The notes under the pieces: generated by a model
Told to the model about the DNA's origin: nothing
What the model saw: the letters and a program-made list of their open reading frames with translations, nothing else
Database searches by the model: none
Translations under genes and position numbers: made by a program
Shown: positions 38,459 to 46,182 of the stretch, in pieces
Numbering within the stretch: the first letter of the stretch is position 1
Layout of the letters: each line of letters begins with the position of its first letter
NCBI GenBank assembly: GCA_903845155.1
Contig: CAIMWN010000250.1
Span: 2,550-66,549, forward strand
Length of the DNA: 64,000 nucleotides
Reading direction: 5' to 3'
DNA from: Oligoflexia bacterium
GTDB lineage: Bacteria; Bdellovibrionota; UBA1018; CAIMNF01

Positions 38459-38692
38459 ATGAAAACGTTAAGCGGAGTGAATAGAAAAAGCGGTCAGGCC
38501 ATCATTGAATATGTGCTTTTACTTTCTATTATTTTAGGTATTGCTGGCTTACTGGTCGGCAGCATTCGCTCTACACGCGATAAGATGTGGAAACAAATAA
38601 TGTGTGAGGTAAGTGCCGAGTGCCCTACGTGCACTGCTACCGATAGCGCCAAGTCTGCACTCCCTAAATCAGGTGTGAACTGCAAATATTAG
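38459..38692 (+). CDS. Flp/Fap-type (type IVb) pilin-like protein with Cys-rich C-terminal extension
   Basis: Class-III leader and Flp motif G/xxxxEY: ...NRKSG/QAIIEYVLLLSIILGIAGLLVG. The C-terminal tail has 4 Cys (CEVSAECPTC...NCKY). The start could also be GTG 38453. Confidence 0.5.
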   Translation: MKTLSGVNRKSGQAIIEYVLLLSIILGIAGLLVGSIRSTRDKMWKQIMCEVSAECPTCTATDSAKSALPKSGVNCKY

Positions 38693-38761
38693 CTTAAACC
38701 CATCTTACATTTTGACTTGATTTTACATTGACTCATCACAAGGTGAGCGATGGGGTTTGAC

Positions 38762-39427
38762 TCATGGGGTAAATATTTGCATGGCCCAGTCGGCAATTAT
38801 TTTTTTAAATTTGTCGTCTTTCAGTATCTTATTTCTGAGTTCTGTTGAGAGTTCCAACTGAACTCCCTCGCTACTACAGCGATTCACAATATTCTTTTTT
38901 GCGCTTCCAGCAAGCTTTCCTGTGCAAGCCACAAGCTCAACGGATTTAGGAGGCGTGGATTCCATGAACTTTTTAAGCAAGCTTGAGTCGCCTCCGCCCA
39001 CACACACGCTCATTTTTGAAGTATGGTCTTCGTAACCATGAAGCGATAGGCAGTGTTGATTTTTGGCCGCAATTTCGAGCGCACGTGGATCGTCGAAATG
39101 CGTGCTAGTGAGGTGAAGTCTGAGTGGGTCTTTGGTGTCGAGGGCTTCAAATAAATAGAGTTGTATTTTTCCGTGTGAAAGCATCTCTTTTGCAAGTTCT
39201 CCCGTGCCCGGCTCTATATTTCCACCGTGAATTGCAAATATTGCATGCCCCGGTGTTGCTTGAATTTCAGTAGTAACTTTATAAGTTTTGCCTTCTTGTT
39301 CGTGGCTCGAAAGCTCATGAAAATCAGGATAGGTGTCGATGATTTCTGCACGCGCTTGGGGTGCAAACATGCTGATCGGAAACATCATCAATGAACAATA
39401 GAATAAACGAATGCAATTTACGGACAT
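38762..39427 (-). CDS. Secreted poly-gamma-glutamate hydrolase family protein (DUF867 / PghP-YjqB-like zinc hydrolase)
   Basis: Blocks HEQEGKTYKV, AIHGGNIEPGTGELA, LHLTSTHFDDP, SLHGY and NIVNRC..EGVQLELS match my recollection of B. subtilis YjqB and phage PghP. ATG 39427 is preceded by AGGAG at 8 nt. Confidence 0.7.
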   Translation of the reverse strand: MSVNCIRLFYCSLMMFPISMFAPQARAEIIDTYPDFHELSSHEQEGKTYKVTTEIQATPGHAIFAIHGGNIEPGTGELAKEMLSHGKIQLYLFEALDTKDPLRLHLTSTHFDDPRALEIAAKNQHCLSLHGYEDHTSKMSVCVGGGDSSLLKKFMESTPPKSVELVACTGKLAGSAKKNIVNRCSSEGVQLELSTELRNKILKDDKFKKIIADWAMQIFTP

Positions 39428-39470
39428 GCTATTTCTCCTGGGAAAATCGCGACCACTCACTTGGTTTTAT

Positions 39471-39502
39471 GAAAAAGCCCCTTCCCCGAAACGGAGAAGG
39501 GG
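39471..39502 (-). terminator. Rho-independent terminator of recA
   Basis: On the minus strand: GCCCCTTCTCCG-TTT-CGGGGAAGGGGC (bulged GC-rich stem) followed by TTTTT. Lies 25 nt downstream of the recA stop. Confidence 0.7.
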
Positions 39503-39526
39503 CTCTCAAATTTGAAAATGTAAAAT

Positions 39527-40687
39527 CTATTTCTTTGCAGCTAAAGCAGCAGCTTTGGTAGGCATAGCTGCAACAGGTTTGCCATTTGCAGCGAGAGTGC
39601 TCTTCAGATCTGTTTTGTCTGCAACAGTGGCAGCAGCCATAGCGGGAGCGGGAGTTTTATTGATTCCTGATTTTACGAGCACTTCTTTGCGAAGTTCTTT
39701 GATGACTTCTGGACGCTCTTTCAACCATTTGACAGCGTTGTCACGGCCTTGTCCCATGCGCTCATCTTTGTGCGCAAACCAGGTTCCTGATTTTTCAACT
39801 AAGTTGTGTTGAACTGCGATGTCCAGTAGGTCGCCCTCTTTAGAAATGCCTTCACCGTAAAGAATATCAAATTCAATTTCCTTAAAAGGAGGAGCCATTT
39901 TGTTCTTCACTACTTTTACGCGTGTGCGGTTACCGACTACATTTTCGCCATCTTTGATTGCTTGGATGCGGCGAATGTCGAGACGAACAGAAGCGTAGAA
40001 TTTAAGTGCGTTACCACCAGTTGTCGTTTCAGGGTTTCCGAACATCACGCCGATTTTCATCCGAATTTGATTGATGAAGATTACCAAAGTTCCGCTACGG
40101 CTGATGGTGCCGGTTAATTTACGAAGTGCTTGAGACATAAGGCGTGCTTGCAAGCCCATGTGTGAATCGCCCATTTCGCCTTCAATTTCAGCGCGGGGAA
40201 CGAGTGCGGCCACTGAATCGATCACGAGGACGTCTACTCCGCCTGAGCGAACGAGCATGTCTACGATTTCGAGCGCTTGCTCACCGGTGTCGGGTTGAGA
40301 AATTAAAAGATCGTCAGTGCGTACGCCCAATTTGCGGGCGTAATTGACGTCAAGTGCGTGCTCTGCATCTACGTATGCTGCGATTCCGCCTTGTTTTTGC
40401 GCTTCTGCAACTGCATGAAGGGCTAGAGTGGTTTTACCGGAAGACTCAGGTCCGTAGATTTCAATGATACGGCCACGAGGGAATCCGCCAATTCCAAGTG
40501 CGAGGTCGAGACCCAAAGAACCGCTTGGAACGACAGGAATGTCATTCGCAACGAGTGATTGGTCGTTTCCAAGGCGCATGATTGAGCCTTTGCCGAATTG
40601 TTTTTCGATTGAAGAAATTGCAAGTTCAATTGCTTTGTTCTTACTTCCCATGTCCGTTTGTTTGGTCACTTCGCTTTTATTTTCCAT
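39527..40687 (-). CDS. recA: Recombinase RecA (with atypical basic Ala/Lys-rich C-terminal tail)
   Basis: Walker [19 protein letters not shown] Walker B ([12 protein letters not shown]), L1/L2 regions. 386 aa. Confidence 0.97.
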
Positions 40688-40755
40688 GATGGCTCCTTAT
40701 GGTTTCGTTTTCGTGTTGTTTTGGTTTTGACAGTTTGTTTGCATGGGTTGTGCCG

Positions 40756-41616
40756 TTATTCCTTCAATACTTTCTCGCAATGAGCAGGCATTTCAGGTTC
40801 GGTATGATTTTTGGTTGTTTCGACTTGATTCAATTTTCCATTTTTATAAACTTCGATCGCTTCAGCACAACCATCGCCAGGGGCGACAGGATCTTGTGGA
40901 GTGCATTCGCTAGGAGAGGCATCGTCTTTGCTATGAGCGGGTGAAGCAGCTGGGCACTTGAGGCGTACATGGAAGTGTTCGTTGTGGCCAGGCCAGGGAC
41001 GCAGTTTATGGAGCCATGGAAGTTCGGCCTTAGGTAAGGTTTGGCACAAATAAGCCTTAATTGCAGGGTTTACGAAAATACGCTCCACTCGTTCGTCTTG
41101 GGTAGCGAAGTTTAGTTTTAAAATACTTTCTTTGGTGAATTTTGTAGTATCAACACTTCCATCGTCTTTGAGCATATTTACAAAGGGAAGTTCGTCACGT
41201 TCCTTGGTAGTGAGTTTTCGAGCGCGTTGTTCTGGATGAGTCCAAAATAAGACATCTACATCTAATCCTATTTGATGGCTAGCGTGTCCGTAAGGAAGAG
41301 GACCGCCGCGCGGTTGGCCCATGTCACCAATAAGAAGTGCTGAGCCATTTGCATCGACTTCCTTGGCTAGGTTCTGAACAAATTGGATGGTTTCTGGATT
41401 CCCGTAATAGCGATTTCTTGTGACGCGGAGCACTTGATAGCCCGTTCCATCGAGGGGTAAAGGCTGTGCTCCCGAGATGCAGCCATTAGAATAAAAGCCA
41501 ATGGAGCTTGTTCGGCCTTTGTTCGGTACTGAAATTCGGCTCCAAACGTTCGTAGGTAATGGGGAATTTTGAGCAAAAGCGCTTAATAATAGTATTTCCA
41601 GACCCCATATCCACAT
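40756..41616 (-). CDS. mepA: Penicillin-insensitive murein DD-endopeptidase MepA (peptidase M74)
   Basis: Signal peptide. GHASHQIGLDVD and EHFHVRLKC motifs characteristic of M74. Confidence 0.75.
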   Translation of the reverse strand: MWIWGLEILLLSAFAQNSPLPTNVWSRISVPNKGRTSSIGFYSNGCISGAQPLPLDGTGYQVLRVTRNRYYGNPETIQFVQNLAKEVDANGSALLIGDMGQPRGGPLPYGHASHQIGLDVDVLFWTHPEQRARKLTTKERDELPFVNMLKDDGSVDTTKFTKESILKLNFATQDERVERIFVNPAIKAYLCQTLPKAELPWLHKLRPWPGHNEHFHVRLKCPAASPAHSKDDASPSECTPQDPVAPGDGCAEAIEVYKNGKLNQVETTKNHTEPEMPAHCEKVLKE

Positions 41617-41655
41617 GCTTTAGGATTAACGGAGCGGAGAATAAAAGTAAAGACT

Positions 41656-43116
41656 CTATTCAATCTTTAGGTTTTTAAAGTACGAGAGGATTCCAGTTTT
41701 AATGCCCTGAGTTACGTCATTAATTCGTTTAGGGTAACGGAACTGAATACCTCGGTACTCGCCTTCTTGGTCCTGGTTGGCCATTTGGTAGAATTCTGAG
41801 GCATGATCGTAATGGAGGCATTCAACATACACCAATAACCCATCCATGAGGCGCCTTGCAATGGCGAGATTCCTTGCATAAACGCCATCACGAACTTTAT
41901 ACCCACCCAGAAGGGTCGGGGTGGTGAGGAGTTTTAAGTTGAGACTTTTAGACATGGCTTGAACCACTTCAGACGACAGGTCGACCGATTCGTTCCACCG
42001 GCGAACCTCTAACAAGTGCTTCATTGCTTGGAAGCGAGCCTTTTTTGAGCCAGTTTCGGTCTTCAGGAATGCCCCAGGAATGAATGCTTCGATTCTGTCA
42101 GCGCTCGTTTGAAGCTTCGTTGGTGTAACGTCGTCCGCATCGTAGTGAATATCCAGAGTGATATCGGGGCTAAATTCATCAATAATCTGTGAACGTGCCT
42201 CCAGGTCCGCACCCCGAACGTAGAACATGTCGATGACTTTATCTTGATTTTGTAAAATCTTCGCCTCTGGAGTATTTTTCACTTCGACAGTGAGTTCGTC
42301 GTCATTGAGGTGAAAAAGTTTTCTCATCCAGTCTTGCTCAAAACTTTCGTAGAAAAATTGATTTAAATAGGGAATAGTGTTGAAAGTCTTAACATCTTCC
42401 TTTGATACGGTACCCATTTGAGTGCGTGTTAGTTTTACAATCGCTCCCAAGGATTCCAGCTCTTTGGCTACCAGGAGAGCGGTCCATAAATTGATTTCAC
42501 CTTCGCTTACTATTGTTCCTTCAAACTTCACGTATTTCCCAGTATTGATGTCCCAAAAGTGAGTTCCCATATGGCCAGGATCAATCGCTACTTTGAGGCC
42601 ATTTAATGGGTGAGCATTGTCCGCTTCTTTGGCTTGATTAGATATGGTTTGAAGGCGAGAAAGGAGTGGAGCGGAATCAGAGCTCTTGTTCGTGTTATTG
42701 AGTTCGGTAGAATACTCTACATATTTCTGCGAAAGCAGATTGCTGAAAAAATCTTGGTAAAGAGTGAAGGTTCCCGGTTTCAGATCAAGGAATCGTCGAA
42801 GTGAACTTTCAGGATCAATGAACTTAAAGTGACTGACGACGTCCTCTTGCGATACCGAGCGTGGTGCGGGCAGGGTGGAGAAGTCGGCATCGGCTTCAGG
42901 CGGAACATTAAGCGCTTTAAGTGCAACGTCAAATTTCTGTAGAGAACTACCGTCTTGAAGAAAATTATTTAGATCTTCAACATTTGTATTGTGATTGAGT
43001 AGGTAGTTTTCGAGACTGACATAACCTTTTCCTTCGTCCAGCTCATAGGCGTGGGCTTGAAAAGAAAATAAAGTGAGAAGTGCGGTGAGGAGAACATAAG
43101 AAGCGTAAGTCATCAC
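41656..43116 (-). CDS. Secreted N-acetylmuramoyl-L-alanine amidase-like protein (Amidase_3-like catalytic region)
   Basis: Signal peptide ...LFSFQAHA/Y. KVAIDPGHMG...EGEINLWTALLVAKELESLGAIVKLTR...TLDIHYDA resembles the Amidase_3 zinc-ligand blocks (IDPGHGG / E / IHAN). The N-terminal region of about 170 aa is unassigned. Confidence 0.5.
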   Translation of the reverse strand: MMTYASYVLLTALLTLFSFQAHAYELDEGKGYVSLENYLLNHNTNVEDLNNFLQDGSSLQKFDVALKALNVPPEADADFSTLPAPRSVSQEDVVSHFKFIDPESSLRRFLDLKPGTFTLYQDFFSNLLSQKYVEYSTELNNTNKSSDSAPLLSRLQTISNQAKEADNAHPLNGLKVAIDPGHMGTHFWDINTGKYVKFEGTIVSEGEINLWTALLVAKELESLGAIVKLTRTQMGTVSKEDVKTFNTIPYLNQFFYESFEQDWMRKLFHLNDDELTVEVKNTPEAKILQNQDKVIDMFYVRGADLEARSQIIDEFSPDITLDIHYDADDVTPTKLQTSADRIEAFIPGAFLKTETGSKKARFQAMKHLLEVRRWNESVDLSSEVVQAMSKSLNLKLLTTPTLLGGYKVRDGVYARNLAIARRLMDGLLVYVECLHYDHASEFYQMANQDQEGEYRGIQFRYPKRINDVTQGIKTGILSYFKNLKIE

Positions 43117-43203
43117 GTCCGATATCTTACACTAATGCTGTTTAATATGCAAGTGAAATCGTCAGTGATGCAGTTATTTTGGCGTCCATTCAATGAAAAT
43201 AAT

Positions 43204-43698
43204 TTAGAAAAACCGCTGAACTAAATACTGCCCAAGTAGAAACACGCCTAAAGAAACTAGCCCCGCTAAAATATCATCGACAATCACACCCACTGATTGC
43301 CAGGGGCCGATCTCAAATTTCTTTCCCCATAAATCAAACTGACGAATAGGGGGAGGCTTGAGCGAATCGAAAAGACGAAAAAGAATAAATTGAATGAGCA
43401 TGATGGTAGCGGTGCGCGGGAGCATTCCCATGGCAAGCATGTAGCCCAATACTTCGTCGATCACAATTTTTTGGGAATCTTTAGCTTGGGTTTTGATACT
43501 CCACTCCCAAGAAGCCCACCAACCGACGAAGAAAAGTGCGAGCCATAGTAGGCCTTGTGAAGCGTAGCTCCAGTCGCGGGTGAAATAAATGATTCCTACG
43601 CCCACCACCGTTCCTGCTGTTCCTGGTGCCTTGGGGGTAAATCCAGATCCGGCTGCGGTAGCAATGAAGGTGACGAGGAAGGATTTTAAATTTTGCAT
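43204..43698 (-). CDS. pgpA: Phosphatidylglycerophosphatase A
   Basis: 164 aa. AGSGFTPKAPGTAGT N-terminal motif, DEVLG, FRLFDSLKPPPI. Confidence 0.8.
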   Translation of the reverse strand: MQNLKSFLVTFIATAAGSGFTPKAPGTAGTVVGVGIIYFTRDWSYASQGLLWLALFFVGWWASWEWSIKTQAKDSQKIVIDEVLGYMLAMGMLPRTATIMLIQFILFRLFDSLKPPPIRQFDLWGKKFEIGPWQSVGVIVDDILAGLVSLGVFLLGQYLVQRFF

Positions 43699-43765
43699 TT
43701 AATCAATTTACCCATTCACGACGCAATAGTAACGGTGCGGTGCGGCTAGGGGAGTGGGTTTTTGA

Positions 43766-45001
43766 TTGAATAGTAAGCCTTCCCTCGCTACGGTAATACC
43801 CATGCACAGCCCAAAATGGAAAATCGGAGAAAGCGTACTCGATGTTCTCGTGGGTGGGGTTTCATTTTTGGATGCGAAGGAAGGATTCAAAGGGAGCTTT
43901 CCACACAATGAGGCCTCCGAAAAATTCTTGCTCGCCTATGGTTACGACTTTCACGATCCAATCGAAGTGGCTGAATTACAAGGTAATGTCCAAGAGGCTG
44001 TTCGTTTTATTCAGCGTTATTTTTTAAAGCCTCAAAATCCGGCAGGACTTCCTCTAGATATTCCTAAAAAGATTACCGAAATTTTTGACGTAAGAGACCT
44101 ACTTTCCTATGCGAGCTCTGAGCAAAACGAAGATCTGAGACAGTGGGCTTGTAGTGTTCTAAAGGTGGTTCACACCATTAGTCACGTGGATCGCGACATG
44201 CGTACCCATTACTTCGGTGATATTCAAAAACAAATTTTTGATCGTTTCTATCGTTACCTTCATCGTGATGACCTCGGGCAATTGTATCTAGGGCGTGGGG
44301 TTGCAGACCCTCTGCGCGTGGATTTGGCTGAATTTCAAATTAAACCTAAAAAGGCACGTGATAGTACCTTGATGAAGTTGCTTCATAAGGCAGGAAGCGT
44401 TGCTGAGGAATTGTTCGACACTGTTGGCATGCGTTTTATTACGAAGACCAGAGTGGATGCAATTAGGGTGATTCACTTTTTAGAGCAAAATAATGTAATT
44501 GTCGCTGCGAATATCAAACCAAGTCGTTCAAGAAATACCTTGATCGACACGATTTCATTTAAAGAGACGCTCGATAAAAACGAAAAACTGGAAACGCATC
44601 AAGAACCAGAGTTGTTGGATTTACTAGAGCTCGTTCCTCATCCACGCACGAAGCCAGGTGAGAATCCCTTTAGTTCAGAACATTATCGCGCGATTCAGTT
44701 TACCTGCCGACAGTTAGTGAAAATGAAAAATCCGCTGGGCGATCAGATTAGGGATTTGAAACAAGCATCGCGTGGACTGAAGCTCTCGCCCGATCTCAAT
44801 TCTGCAATTGAACGCATGGATGCACGACTGATTCAAAGAGTAGTGCGCTTTTTCTATCCCTTCGAAATTCAAGTCATGGACGAACTGAGCCACATCGACA
44901 ATGAAAAAGGAAGAAGTGCCCACACTGAATACAAAAAAGCGCAGCAACAGGCAGCAATGTTACGCGTGATGGGGCCTCTGGTGCGAGATCCCAAGGCATG
45001 A
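43766..45001 (+). CDS. Divergent RelA/SpoT-like (RSH/SAS-type) nucleotidyltransferase-fold protein
   Basis: 411 aa with a TTG start (GGGGAG 11-17 nt upstream). Four blocks are colinear with the (p)ppGpp-synthetase fold as I recall it from RelQ/RelP:
- IKPKKARDSTLMKLLHK (aa 192-208)
- DTVGMRFI (aa 218-225)
- EHYRAIQF (aa 305-312)
- FEIQVMDE...SAHTEYK (aa 366-390)

The N-terminal region of about 190 aa is unassigned. Confidence 0.5.
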   Translation: MNSKPSLATVIPMHSPKWKIGESVLDVLVGGVSFLDAKEGFKGSFPHNEASEKFLLAYGYDFHDPIEVAELQGNVQEAVRFIQRYFLKPQNPAGLPLDIPKKITEIFDVRDLLSYASSEQNEDLRQWACSVLKVVHTISHVDRDMRTHYFGDIQKQIFDRFYRYLHRDDLGQLYLGRGVADPLRVDLAEFQIKPKKARDSTLMKLLHKAGSVAEELFDTVGMRFITKTRVDAIRVIHFLEQNNVIVAANIKPSRSRNTLIDTISFKETLDKNEKLETHQEPELLDLLELVPHPRTKPGENPFSSEHYRAIQFTCRQLVKMKNPLGDQIRDLKQASRGLKLSPDLNSAIERMDARLIQRVVRFFYPFEIQVMDELSHIDNEKGRSAHTEYKKAQQQAAMLRVMGPLVRDPKA

Positions 45002-46182
45002 AACGAAAAGTAGATTACCTCTTGATTGGTACCGGAGTCGCACCCCTGTTGGCTGCTCAACGGTTGGCCAATCGAGGTGATTCAGTAGCCATTTTAAATC
45101 CTGATCATGATTTTTTTTTGGAAAACTCCGAACTCCCACTCGATCTTTTAAGCTTTGAAACTACGAATGCTGATATTTCGCTTCGATTTTCAAATAATCT
45201 TCCCGAAAAAATTTATCGTGATTTAATACCTGAGTTTCCAGGAGCGATTGAGCTTTGGAAAGAAGAAGATCAATCAAAAAACGATAGAGCTTTTCAAGTA
45301 GAGAGTGCGCCATGGATCCGCTTTCGTCACCGACTTTGGGTAGCTCCGGTTCGGAGTAAAAGCGCTGATCGACTGGAGAACTTATATCTGCGTTCACTTA
45401 ATTTGGGCTGGAAGCCTAAATGGTTAGAAGGCGTATCGCTCGCAAAACGATTTCCGGGATTCTCTTCAAAAAACAGTGAAATTAGAGATGTGGAAAAGTG
45501 GGTTGGGTTTCTTGGACCACGATTTGGCGACATTGATGTGGGTCGCTATCGGACCGGACTTTTGGAGTATGTGAGAGAGCGACTCGGCCGCGAGAACATC
45601 ATGACCTCTGCACATATTTTGAACACCGATAGCAAAGGTGTCCGCTTTCAGCTTGCTACAGGTCTTCCTGCAACGCTTGAGGTGGGGCGAGCTGTATTGC
45701 ATTTTTGGACGCCGAAAATGGAAAGAAATCTCAGGCAAAATTTAGAAAAACATCAACCGCGCTTACTTGGGTCCTTTGATCAGTCCGTTACAAAACAACC
45801 CTGGGAAGAATGGGATATCCTTTCACGTGATCCGGTTGCTGCAAATGTGGTCGCACACTTAGAAAGCATTCGAGTGTGGTCACATGGTGATGGAGAACCT
45901 CCCCACGATGGATGGAATCGGATTAAGCTCATGAGGCGCGCGCAGGCGGATTCATTTTTAGGTGAACAGTCTTTTCAGGATTTATCAAAAGTACTATTTC
46001 GGTTTTTAGGCTGGGAACGTTGCACGGTACGAGGAATGTCTCCGCGCGTGTTCTATCGTTGGAATAAAACAGCACCACTTGAATTTGATGCCGATGGGGT
46101 GAGAAGTGTGGTGATTTTGGCTTGTGATGGACCGATTCATTGGATTGCGTCCCAAGTTCGACATACGATTGATGGGGTGTGA
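44998..46182 (+). CDS. Rossmann-type (FAD/NAD(P)-binding-like) protein, function unknown
   Basis: 394 aa. N-terminal beta-alpha-beta dinucleotide-binding pattern DYLLIGTGVAPLLAAQRLANRGDSVAILNPD. ATGA overlap with the upstream gene. Confidence 0.5.
   Translation: MKRKVDYLLIGTGVAPLLAAQRLANRGDSVAILNPDHDFFLENSELPLDLLSFETTNADISLRFSNNLPEKIYRDLIPEFPGAIELWKEEDQSKNDRAFQVESAPWIRFRHRLWVAPVRSKSADRLENLYLRSLNLGWKPKWLEGVSLAKRFPGFSSKNSEIRDVEKWVGFLGPRFGDIDVGRYRTGLLEYVRERLGRENIMTSAHILNTDSKGVRFQLATGLPATLEVGRAVLHFWTPKMERNLRQNLEKHQPRLLGSFDQSVTKQPWEEWDILSRDPVAANVVAHLESIRVWSHGDGEPPHDGWNRIKLMRRAQADSFLGEQSFQDLSKVLFRFLGWERCTVRGMSPRVFYRWNKTAPLEFDADGVRSVVILACDGPIHWIASQVRHTIDGV

Noticed and set aside
38696-38758. Imperfect inverted repeat AAACCCATC...GATGGGGTTT and a direct repeat TTACATT(T)TGACT between the flp-like gene and the convergent DUF867 gene
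   Set aside because: The arms are short and imperfect (one extra base), the spacer is 44 nt and there is no T-run. This is too weak to call a terminator or binding site.
40688-40755. Looked for a LexA/SOS box upstream of recA (CTGT-N8-ACAG, or the TTAC-N3-GTAA type reported for Bdellovibrio)
   Set aside because: Neither palindrome is present in the 68-nt upstream region, so no SOS operator can be supported from the sequence.
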